From the NCBI GenBank assembly GCA_002269645.1, contig NIVC01000105.1:349992-413991 (forward strand): a DNA stretch of 64,000 bases. The letters run 5' to 3'. The notes under the pieces were generated by a model, which searched no databases, was not told where the DNA came from, and was given only the letters and a program-made list of their open reading frames with translations. A program made the position numbers and the translations under genes. This DNA is from Macrostomum lignano. Its lineage: Eukaryota. Below, in pieces: positions 1 through 10,700 of the stretch; position 1 is the first letter of the stretch; each line of letters opens with the position of its first letter.

Positions 1-320
1 CCTCAGTTGCTGGGCCTCAGATTCTCACTTGCTGGGCCTCAGATTCTCACTTGCTGGGCCTCAGATCCTCAGTTGCTGGGCCAGCCTCCCAGATCCTCAC
101 TTGCTGGGCCTCAGATCCTCAGTTGCTGGGCCAGCCTCCCAGATTCTCACTTGCTGGGCCTCAGATCCTCAGTTGCTGGGCCAGCCTCCCAGATCCTCAC
201 TTGCTGGGCCTCAGATCCTCAGTTGCTGGGCCAGACTCCCAGATCCTCACTTGCTGGGCCTCAGATCCTCAGTTGCTGGGCCAGCCTCCCAGATTCTCAC
301 TTGCTGGGCCAGCCTCCCAG
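1..320. repeat. Minisatellite, 22/28-bp units (GGCCAGCCTCCCAGATCCTCAGTTGCTG), truncated by the window edge
   Basis: Visible tandem units; the reverse complement of the AMPD intron array at 4765-7080 and 32293-33250. Confidence 0.9.
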
Positions 321-626
321 ATCCCCATTCCAAGAAACGAATGCAGTACATTTCGCCGCCACCCAATCCATGCCGCAGCCATCAAGCGCCTGTTCCGCCT
401 GGCAGCCGTATTCAGCCTGCTATTGGACATCAACAGCTTGAGCAGTGACACTTTCGTCTTAATGGAATCCCAAATTAATAGGATTGCATTTTGCGACGAG
501 GATAGTAGTTCGTTGGGTGAGAGTTCCGACTCGTCGGAAATACTACTGCCCAATGGGGTGAGTAATGGGCAATTTCGCCAGCTCCCTCAGCACCAACAGC
601 AGCTGCATCTTCAGAATTGGTGGTAG
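321..626 (+). CDS. Possible terminal exon of an unidentified gene extending left of the window
   Basis: CCTCCCAG acceptor-like site at 313-320, then about 100 stop-free non-repetitive codons (IPIPRNEC...LQNWW*), then AT-rich UTR-like sequence. No homology recognised and the frame is uncertain. Confidence 0.3.
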   Translation: MPIPRNECSTFRRHPIHAAAIKRLFRLAAVFSLLLDINSLSSDTFVLMESQINRIAFCDEDSSSLGESSDSSEILLPNGVSNGQFRQLPQHQQQLHLQNWW

Positions 627-1723
627 TCCAACATCCCAGGCATGTGAGCGAGTTTTAATTCAAGTAAACAAATTTTAATGTAGTGCCCGCGTAATGCTAC
701 TGATCTTGTTAGTAGGTGAATTGCGCATTGTGAGCTCAATATCTGTGTTAGTGTAAGATTTCTTTGTTTTATTTCTCTGTACGATGTACAAAGGAATGAA
801 AGTTAAAGTATGCTTTAGTATTTGTATACTACTTGTGCTTGCTATATCATTTTAGGTATTGTTAGTATTCGTTATTACATGTAGTGCGCTGTAAAACAAA
901 TGTAATTGTGCTTTTTTGTCCACCTGTTTTATTTTCTTTTGCTCTCTGCTTTTTGGTTAATTTTTTCACCGTTTGAGCCTCAACTATTTGTTTTTGTAAA
1001 CCTTGTCTTCAGTTGGTAACTGGTTGTCCCTAACTTTATAAAATTTAATATTATCTTAGAAATGAATTCTTAGAATACCGACATTGCTGGTTACCAGCCC
1101 AACTAGTCTATTAACAAGGATGATCATTTTCATTGGCTTACGAATATTATAGAGTTTTTGTATTGCGTTTAAAATATTAAAGTTTATTGTTATATAAATT
1201 GTTATGTATTCTAGACATTGTCTGTGTCAATTGTTTGTCCACTCAGATCCAAATTGCTTTCTGATTTCATGTTTTTTTTCTTGCCTACTATTATGTTTTA
1301 TCTAAACTTTTCTACTACTTTTCAAACATTTGTGCTGTGCGTTTTAAACTCTTTGTTTTGGATTTTACGCGTCCAATATTCCCTATAGAGAACCTGTCCA
1401 AACCATGTGATTTTGTTTTATTTCATTTTTATTTACTTTTTCTGTTGCAATTTAAACCCCCATCCTGTGTCGCTTTCTGTAATTTATGTGCCATAATTTA
1501 TCAATTTCCTTAATTGTTCATTTGTTTGTTTGTGAGTCCGAGAAAATAACAAAGCAGAAGTTCTCAGAAAAAAATAAATCATAACTTTTAATGAAATTTT
1601 CCACTTTAAAAGTCGTAAAGTTGCAGTTTTAAAAAAAATTTAACCAGAGACTGAAGCCTCTGACATTGATCTTGCCTGCTTTTCTCATACCACTTGTGCG
1701 ACTATTTACAGTGTGTATGAAGT

Positions 1724-1860
1724 CCATTTTACAGCTGGGTGAACTGAAGCAATGCACAGTTTATTATCTTGCTCAAGGACACTAATTGTTCCGAGTGGGT
1801 CGAGCTTCGAACCCCCAACCTTCAAGTCGTGAGTCTGACGCTTTTACCAACTAGGCTGCA
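1724..1860 (-). mobile_element. tRNA-derived CORE-type SINE, 5' part (head plus core)
   Basis: Reverse complement shows an A-box (TAGTTGGTAAAAGC), a B-box-like GGTTCGAAGC and GTGTCCTTGAGCAAG...TGCTTCAGTTCACCC; matches the copy at 60850-61234. Confidence 0.8.
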
Positions 1861-1985
1861 ATTAACCTCTTTGATTAAACTGTTCTCGGTACGACTGTGC
1901 ATGGTGCTTCCAAATCCACCAGTTATAGCCATAGAGTATAGCCACGCGACCACCTCTGTGTGGGCATTCTATAGAAATCAAGGGC

Positions 1986-2217
1986 ACAAAAGCGCGCGGA
2001 TACGTACGCAGTCATAAGCACAGGCACACACTCACACAGGAGTGTACAGCGGCCCTGACTTCATTGATGGTTAGGCATGTACATTTTTCTGTGCCTTGGG
2101 GTTGTTGGTCTTTAGTTGCGTTAGTTGCACGAGCAGAGCCAAGCCGAGAGTCCAATTTAGACCCAAATAAATTTGACTGCACTTGGGAATCGAGCCTGGG
2201 CCGCTGGCACATCAGAG
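1986..2217. repeat. Dispersed repeat of about 230 bp, copy 1
   Basis: Aligns by eye with 51796-52033 (GCGCGCGGATACGTACGCAGTCAT...GCACGAGCAGAGCCAAGCCGAGAGTCCA...GCCTGGGCCGCTGG). Confidence 0.8.
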
Positions 2218-2585
2218 GGGCTCTAAGCTACGGCCCCTTCGACTAGAACATTATTTTTTAATACATAAATTGAACATAAGCATGTTTCAATTTCTTTATT
2301 ACCCTGTGTTTGCTTGCTTTATATTCTCCCTATACTGATCGATCTGTATATACTTCTCATGAAATCACTGCATCTACGATGCATATCGCGCGCCTATGAC
2401 AGACAGAAATCAAACTTCAAGTATTTATCTTTTCTAGCCTACAGCAACAAGGACAGTTTTATACATGTAGCATCGTTTCTTAGGTAGCATCTTCTAAAGG
2501 AACTGGAAAAATAACTCACTTTGACGGTTTCTGGGTGTTTTAGCTGATTCCCAATTTTTCTCTTTAGCCTCCCTCCCTCTGTACA

Positions 2586-3150
2586 TGTAGCTGGCGCCTC
2601 CTAATTGTAGCTGGCGCCTCCGGATCTGTACCTGGTGCCTCGTTAATTGTAGATGGCACCTCCGATTCCTACCTGTAGCTGGCGCCCCCCTCAATCTGTA
2701 GCTGGCGCCCCCCTCAATCTGTAGCTGGCGCCCCCCTCAATCTGTAGCTGGCGCCCCCCTCAATCTGTAGCTGGCGCCCCCCTCAATCTGTAGCTGGCGC
2801 CCCCCAATCTGTAGCTGGGCCATCTGTAGCTGGCGCCCCCCAATCTGTGGCTGGCGCCCCCAATCTGTAGCTGGCGCCTCCTAATTGTAGCTGGCGCCCC
2901 CCAATCTGTAGCTGGGCCATCTGTAGCTGGCGCCCCCCAATCTGTGGCTGGCGCCCCCAATCTGTAGCTGGCGCCTCCTAATTGTAGCTGGCGCCCCCGG
3001 ATCTGTACCTGGCGCCTCGTTAATTGTAGATGGCACCTCCGATTCCTACCTGTAGATGGCACCTCCGATTCCTACCTGTAGATGGCACCTCCGATTCCTA
3101 CCTGTAGATGGCACCTCCGATTCCTACCTGTAGATGGCGCCCCCCCCCTC
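2586..3150. repeat. Minisatellite TGTAGCTGGCGCCCCCCTCAATC-like (about 21-22 bp) in the 3' flank of AMPD copy 1
   Basis: Visible tandem units; same family as 29317-30140. Confidence 0.9.
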
Positions 3151-3414
3151 AATCGTTATAACAAACTTTTATTTGAAAGTATCTACTCTAGTACTGCTGA
3201 TATTAAAATTATAATTAAAAAATGTTTTGTATAGTTGAATCAAAGTTGAGCACAGCTCGGGTTAATTGAGGGCTATCCTTCATCCTCGAACAGCACGCTC
3301 ATTGACTGGGTCTTCGTGGTCATTGCGGTTGGCACTGGAGTTGCAAACGGGGATGAATATAATTAATTAAATAGGCCTTCAAAAAGTGATTGTGTGTGAG
3401 CATTAAAAATTGTG

Positions 3415-4215
3415 ATTCTTCCCACCCATTCTGACTCTTCCCATCCCATCCTGATTCTTCCCACCCATCCCGATTCTTCCCACCCATCCTGATACCTCCC
3501 ACCCCATCCTGATTCTTCCCACTCCATCCCATCCTGATTCTTCCCACCCCATCCTGATTCTTCCCACCCCATCCCGATTCTTCCCATCCCATCCTGATTC
3601 TTCCCACCCCATCCTGATTCTTCCCACCCCATCCTGATTCTTCCCACCCCATCCTGATTCTTCCCATCCCATCCTGATTCTTCCCATCCCATCCTGATTC
3701 TTCCCATCCCATCCTGATTCTTCTCACCCCATCCTGATTCTTCCCACTCCATCCTGATTCTTCCCACCCCATCCTGATTCTTCCCACTCCATCCTGATTC
3801 TTCCCACCCCATCCTGATTCTTCCCACCCCATCCTGATTCTTCCCATCCCATCCTGATTCTTCCTACTCCATCCTGATTCTTCCCACCCCATCCTGATTC
3901 TTCCCACTCCATCCCATCCTGATTCTTCCCACCCCATCCTGATTCTTCCCACCCCATCCCGATTCTTCCCATCCCATCCTGATTCTTCCCACCCCATCCT
4001 GATTCTTCCCACCCCATCCTGATTGTTCCCACTCCATCCTGATTCTTCCCATCCCATATTAATTCTTCCCATCCCATCCCATCCTGATTCTTCCCATCCC
4101 ATCCTGATTCTTCCCATCCCATATTAATTCTTCCCATCCCATATTAATTCTTCCCATCCCATCCCATCTTGATTCTTCCCATCCCATCCGATTCTTCCCA
4201 TCTCATCCCGATTAT
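3415..4215. repeat. 20-bp minisatellite CCATCCTGATTCTTCCCACC filling the last intron of AMPD copy 1
   Basis: Visible period-20 array; homolog at 30872-31723. Confidence 0.95.
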
Positions 4216-4764
4216 TTCCAAACAACCACAGGACCCACCCGACAAGCCGCTGTGCCCGCTGTGAGCTCGCGACCTCCCAGCCGGATTAGCGGTGGTAACC
4301 AGCGCCAGTTCGTGCAGCAGATTCTCGAAACGAAACGCCACTCGAACGTTAGGCAGATTAGTATAACGAATATCGTTGCCAAGGACGCCTTCGTGTTGAT
4401 AGGCCGGGCCGAGCCAACGCTTCTTCACTTCGTGAGGAAATCCGGACATGATTACAGAGTTCCTGGCCAGCTCGCACATGTCTGTGTTGGTGAGCTTCCA
4501 CACCTGGGCCGCGATAGAGTACTCTTCCATCAGCGGCTCCTTGGTGAAGTGGAACATCAGCGGATCATCCGTGCTCAGCGTCACGCACAGGCCTTTGGCG
4601 TGAAAGTCTGGCAAGGGACTGCGGCTGTAGGGCAGGAACAGGCTGTTGTTGGAGAGCGGCGACATGGCCATGGGCACCTGGGCCAGGTAGTACAGGTACT
4701 GCAGCACCGGTGCCTGCGGGTGAGAGGAGGGCGAAGATTGTAACGTGGGTCTGGGAGTAACTGA

Positions 4765-7080
4765 GGATCTGGGAGGCTGGTCCAGCAACTGAGGATCTGG
4801 GAGGTGGCTTACCAACTGAGGATCTGGGAGGCTGGCCCAGCAACTGAGGATCTGGGAGGCTGGCCCACCAACTGAGGATCTGGGAGGCTGGCGGCCCAGC
4901 AACTGAGGATCTGGGAGGCTGGCCCACCAACTGAGGATCTGGGAGGCTGGTCCAGCAACTAAGGATCTGGGAGGCTGGCCCAGCAACTAAGGATCTGGGA
5001 GGCTGGACCAGCAACTAAGGATCTGGGAGGCTGGTGGCCCACCAACTGAGGATCTGGGAGGCTGGTCCAGCAATTGAGGATCTGGGAGGTGGCTTACCAA
5101 CTGAGGATCTGGGAGACTGGCCCAGCAACTGAGGATCTGGGAGGCTGGCCCACCAACTGAGGATCTGGGAGGCTGGTCCAGCAACTGAGGATCTGGGAGG
5201 CTGGCCCACCAACTGAGGATCTGGGAGGCTGGCCCAGTAACTGAGGATCTGGGAGGCTGGCCCAGCAACTGAGGATCTGGGAGGCTGGTCCAGCAACTGA
5301 GGATCTGGGAGGCTGGTCCAGCAACTAAGGATCTGGGAGGCTGGCCCAGCAAGTGAGGATCTGGGAGGCTGGACCAGCAACTAAGGATCTGGGAGGCTGG
5401 TGGCCCACCAACTGAGGATCTGGGAGGCTGGTCCAGCAATTGAGGATCTGGGAGGTGGCTTACCAACTGAGGATCTGGGAGACTGGTAGCCCAGCAACTG
5501 AGGATCTGGGAGGCTGGTGGCCCACCAACTGAGGATCTGGGAGGCTGGTCCAGCAATTGAGGATCTGGGAGGTGGCTTACCAACTGAGGATCTGGGAGAC
5601 TGGTAGCCCAGCAACTGAGGATCTGGGAGGCTGGCCCAGCAACTGAGGATCTGGGAGGCTGGTCCAGCAACTGAGGATCTGGGAGGCTGGCCCACCAACT
5701 GAGGATCTGGGAGGCTGGCCCAGCAACTAAGGATCTGGGAAGCTGGCCCAGCAACTGAGGATCTGAGAGGCTGGTAGCCCAGCAACTGAGGATCTGGGAG
5801 GCTGGCCCAGCAACTGAGGATCTGGGAGGCTGGTGGCCTACCAACTGAGGATCTGGTAGGCTGGTCCAGCAACTGAGGATCTGGGAGGCTGGCCCAGCAA
5901 CTAAGGATCTGGGAGGCTGGCACAGCAACTGAGGATCTGGGAGGCTGGCCCAGCAACTAAGGATCTGGGAGGCTGGCACAGCAACTGAGGATCTGGGAGG
6001 CTGGTGGCCCAGCAACTGAGGATCTGGGAGGCTGGTGGCCCAGGAACTGAGGATCTGGGAGGCTGGCCCAGCAACTGGGGATCTGGGAGGCTGGCCCAGC
6101 AACTGAGGATCTGGGAGGCTGGCCCAGGAACTGAGGATCTGGGAGGCTGGCCAAGCAACTGGGGATCTGGGAGGCTGGCCCAGCAACTGAGGATCTGGGA
6201 GGCTGGCCCAGGAACTGAGGATCTGGGAGGCTGGCCAAGCAACTGGGGATCTGGGAGGCTGGCCCAGCAACTGGGGATCTGGGAGGCTGGCCCAGCAACT
6301 GAGGATCTGGGAGGCTGGCCCAGTAACTGAGGATCTGGGAGGCTGGTGGCCCAGCAACTGAGGATCTGGGAGGCTGGTGGCCCAGCAACTGAGGATCTGG
6401 GAGGCTGGTCCAGCAACTGAGGATCTGGGAGGCTGGCCCACCAACTGAGGATCTGGGAGGCTGGCCCAGCAACTAAGGATCTGGGAAGCTGGCCCAGCAA
6501 CTGAGGATCTGAGAGGCTGGTAGCCCAGCAACTGAGGATCTGGGAGGCTGGCCCAGCAACTGAGGATCTGGGAGGCTGGTGGCCTACCAACTGAGGATCT
6601 GGTAGGCTGGTCCAGCAACTGAGGATCTGGGAGGCTGGCCCAGCAACTAAGGATCTAGGAGGCTGGCACAGCAACTGAGGATCTGGGAGGCTGGCCCAGC
6701 AACTAAGGATCTGGGAGGCTGGCACAGCAACTGAGGATCTGGGAGGCTGGTGGCCCAGCAACTGAGGATCTGGGAGGCTGGTGGCCCAGGAACTGAGGAT
6801 CTGGGAGGCTGGCCCAGCAACTGAGGATCTGGGAGGCTGGCCCAGCAACTGAGGATCTGGGAGGCTGGTGGCCCAGGAACTGAGGATCTGGGAGGCTGGC
6901 CAAGCAACTGAGGATCTGGGAGGCTGGCCCAGCAACTGAGGATCTGGGAGGCTGGCCCAGGAACTGAGGATCTGGGAGGCTGGCCAAGCAACTGGGGATC
7001 TGGGAGGCTGGCCCAGCAACTGGGGATCTGGGAGGCTGGCCCAGCAACTGAGGATCTGGGAGGCTGGCCCAGTAACTGAG
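4765..7080. repeat. 28/31-bp minisatellite CAGCAACTGAGGATCTGGGAGGCTGGCC filling an intron of AMPD copy 1
   Basis: About 2.3 kb of visible units with TGG-insertion variants. Confidence 0.95.
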
Positions 7081-7711
7081 AAGCAACACAGCCAACCTTT
7101 CTGAGCAGCAGGCCGTGGCTAATATTGTCAGCCAGCAAGAAGGCGGTTGCCAGATGATGCACAGGTCCAGCCTCGCCACAGTGCGGCCTGAGAACGATCG
7201 GTTGCAGGCCTCGCTCCCGTCTCAGAGCGTTCAGCGGCACCAGGTTAGCGTACAGGTAGTACAGGTAGTAAGCGTACGGCGGGTTGCGCTGACTCTCCGT
7301 CCATTCGGCCGGTTCCGGGGAGTCGTGATCGAACACCACGGACTCTGACTTGGAAAAAGTTGTGGCTCAATCACTCAAAATTGATGCAAATTTTCAGTTC
7401 AGAGCAGGCAAAGTGGCCAAAGAAGGTTAAGAAAACAGTTTTCTGATTTTTTAACAGACTTAACTTTTAAATTTTCAACATTAAAATAGCAAATTCTGCA
7501 TTGATATATATAAGTCTGGCATTTGAGTTGCCAGCCGTCTAGGACGAGATACGCGTTAAACCCGGTCTACCGATCGATCGATCGGTCCGCTCAACTTTAG
7601 ATATAGCTAAGAGAAAGAGAGAGAGATGTTCAATATCGATTTAGTAAGTAGTATTGCCAGGCCGAAAATGGATTAATTTATTGATTTTTTTGTCAAGCAC
7701 GCTGTTCACGC

Positions 7712-10700
7712 TGCTGGGCCTGGTGCCTGGGGGGTTGGGCGTGCGCTTTTACTCTGTGTATCGTTTGTGATTTTAACCCTGTGCGTGCGCCCTTTGTCTG
7801 GTCTCACGCTCTTTGCACGTCTCTGCTCTATCGTGACTTGAATGTACACTGTTGGTGTTTTAGCCCTTGGGTTGGGGGGGGGGGCTGCTATTGAACCTCG
7901 CTTATAATAAATCGTATCGTTTGTCAGTGCCCTTGGCACTTTCGTTTCGCCTCGCAAACTCTTTGCTCTCCACTTGCACTGACCAACATTTTGGCGTCGC
8001 AAGCAGGAATCATCAGATGTCCATAAAGCTACGAGACCCACTGCCTCTCAACAACATTGAAGAGTTGCGGGCATGGATCGAGGTCTTCGACGCCCAGGCA
8101 CGGTCAAAAGGAGTGAAGGACAACGATCGCACTGATCACACAGCCGGCAATCTGGCGTTGACCGATGCCTTCCTTGGCTGCCTTGGCGTGGCACAGCTCA
8201 TCAAAGTGAAGCAGCTGGTCGCGCCCAAACCGCTCTCGCAGATGAAGTGGGCGGAAATCAAGGAGTGTCTCGTACAGTTTCTGGAACCCAAGAAGAGGCT
8301 GCTGATTGCCGAGCGAGCGGTTTTCATGTCCATGCGCCAAGGAGAGGGCGAGACGGTTGCCGGCTTCGCTGCCCGACTTCGAGAGCAGGCGGTGGTGTGC
8401 GAATTCGAGAAGCTGAAGGGCGAGAATGTCGATCCAGCTGAGAAACTGATCAAAATGCGTCTCATCGCCGGTCTCAGCAACCAGGAGGTTCGGAGCAAGG
8501 TCCTCGAGCGCGAAGTCTCGGCAGAGCTCTCTGTGAGCCAGATCACCGAGTACGTGCAGCAACTTCAGATGGTCAGCAAATTATCGTCTGGGCAACTGAC
8601 CGCCTCCGACCAAGCTGAAGTGGACTCGGCGGTGCATCAGGCGCTGCCCGCTAGCCAGGAGGTGCCAGAAGAAAGTTCTGCAGGTGCCAACAGCGTGAAT
8701 GCGGCGGAGATGGTGAGGCCCAGGGCCAGTGGAGGCCAGAGCTGCCAGCGATGCGGCCAGGCGCCACATCGCCGACCCGACAGACTGCCGGGCTCTGAAG
8801 GTTACGTGCCACAAGTGCGGCAAGACTGGCCACTTCGCGAAGGTCTGCCGGAGTGCCAGGACCCACTTTGTCGCACCCAAAGAATCCAAGCACTCTGACT
8901 CAGCCGTGACCAGAAACGAGCCGGTTTTCTACTGCGGTGCGGGCACCCCTGCTGCATTCTGCGATGTGAAAATCAACAGAAGGCAGGTCAAAATGGAAAA
9001 GGACAGCGGCGCCTCGTGCTCACTGATCTCGAGAAAGATCTGGGAAGAACTCGGCAGGTCGCCACTTAAGTCGCCCAAGTCTCGGATGCTGGCCTACGAT
9101 GGGCACGTGATGAAGCAGCTCGGCATCCTGGAGTGCCTGGTGGAGACTGGCGGCCCTGATGGCCGCTTCGCTGCGGCGGAGCTGCCCATCATCGAATGCG
9201 AGCAGAAGTTCGGGTTGCTCGGCCGGGATCTGCTCAGCTCGCTGCCAGCTCACCACTCAGATAAGGCCAAGCCGCCCAGCAACAACAGGTACGAGAGCTT
9301 GTTGGGCATTAAGGGAGCAGTCGGCGAGATCCGGTTGAAGGCGGGAGCCAGGCCGATTTTCCAACCAGCCAGAGAGCTGCCGCTGGCGCTGCGTCCACTG
9401 GTGAAGAAGGAGCTGGACCTGATGGAGAAGGCGGGCATAGTTGAGAAGGTGACGTCCGCGGAGTGGGGCAGCCCCATAGTGGTGACGGTGAAGTCCGACA
9501 AGTTGTCTGTGAGGATCTGCGGAGACTACACTGCTGTCAATCAGTGGGTGCAGGACCAGACGTACTTGACTCCGTCCATCGAGACAGCCTTCTCAAAGAT
9601 GGCAAACAAGAAGTTGTTCTGCCGACTGGATTTATCTGACGCTTACTACCAGGTTGCGCTGGAAAATGGGTCAAAGGACATCACCACGATCAACACCCCT
9701 TTCGGCTGCTACCGCTTTAACAGGCTGCCTGCCGTACGGCATCAAGGTGTCTCCGTTCGTGTTCCAGCGTGAGATGGAGAAGCTGCTGGGTGAGTACCCT
9801 AGTGTCATCGTGTACCAGGACGATGTACTCATGGGAGCGGTGTCGAAAGCGGAGCTGCAGAATATCAGAGAGAAGGTGCTGGATAAGCTGATGACGGCTA
9901 ATGTGAAAATCAACGAAGCGAAGTGCATTATGGAGGCCATTAGCTTGAAGTTCCTGGGCCACATCATCGATGAGGAGGCGATCAATTAAGCCGGATCCGG
10001 GAATGGTGCAGAAGATTCAGGATGTGGAGGCTCCGAAAAGCAAGAATGATCTCGAGCGGTTTCTGGGACTTGCACAGTTCTATGGTCGATTGGTTCCCAA
10101 CTTTGCTGAGAAGTGTCGGCCTCTGCAGGAACTTCGTCGAGCGGACCGCGTATTTGACTGGAGTGCGGCTGCCGAGGCAGCGTTCACCAATGTGAAGCAG
10201 AGCCTGAGCTCGAATCCGTGTGTGAAACCGTTTGACGTCAACTCGCCGGTGTGTCTGCGGGTGGATGCTAGCAAGCAGTCTCTGGGCGCTGTGCTGGTGC
10301 AGTCAGGACACCCAGTCATGTACCTCTCTCGGGCGCTGACCAAGTCTGAGGCCAATTACTCCAAAATTGAGAGGGAGGCACTGGCCATTGTTTGGGCGGT
10401 GGAGCGAGCCCACAAGATGCTTCTGGGGAAGAGGTTCACGCTGCAGACTGACCACGAACCACTGAAGTACATCTTCAATCCCAGCAAGAATCTTCCTAAA
10501 ACAGTGTCGGCAAGACTAACTCGCTGGGCACTGCGACTATCTGCTTTTGACTACGAGGTTGAGTATGTGCCAGGAAGACTTATGGTGGATGCGGATGCCT
10601 TGTCTCCTTTGAGTTTTGCTGCCCAAGACCCTCCGAGTGACGCTGTGCACCAGCTGGAGCATGAAGAGGTCGTGTCAGAAGGAGCTCTGATGACTCTGCA

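Larger units (their letters stand above)
3273..7354 (-). pseudogene. AMPD: 5'-truncated duplicate of AMP deaminase (last 3 exons: 7097-7354 partial, 4239-4713, 3273-3334)
   Basis: Catalytic-region motifs [18 protein letters not shown]|[22 protein letters not shown] and [28 protein letters not shown] junctions are in frame. Identity with the full gene stops mid-exon at ...GACTCTGACTTGGA (7354 vs 33526), and no upstream exons are present before the LTR element. Confidence 0.85.

Noticed and set aside
3320-4137. [12 protein letters not shown]-repeat ORFs (also 30892-31705)
   Set aside because: Products of the 20-bp intronic array; the true last exon is the 62-nt segment beyond it.
4765-7080. 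CRISPR-like appearance of the 28-bp repeats
   Set aside because: No unique spacers, the units are head-to-tail, the context is a eukaryotic intron, and there are no cas genes.
4565-7179. Long ORFs (up to 543 aa) of repeating [23 protein letters not shown]
   Set aside because: Translations of the 28-bp intronic minisatellite, open in several frames. The real exons are bounded by GT-AG sites outside the array.
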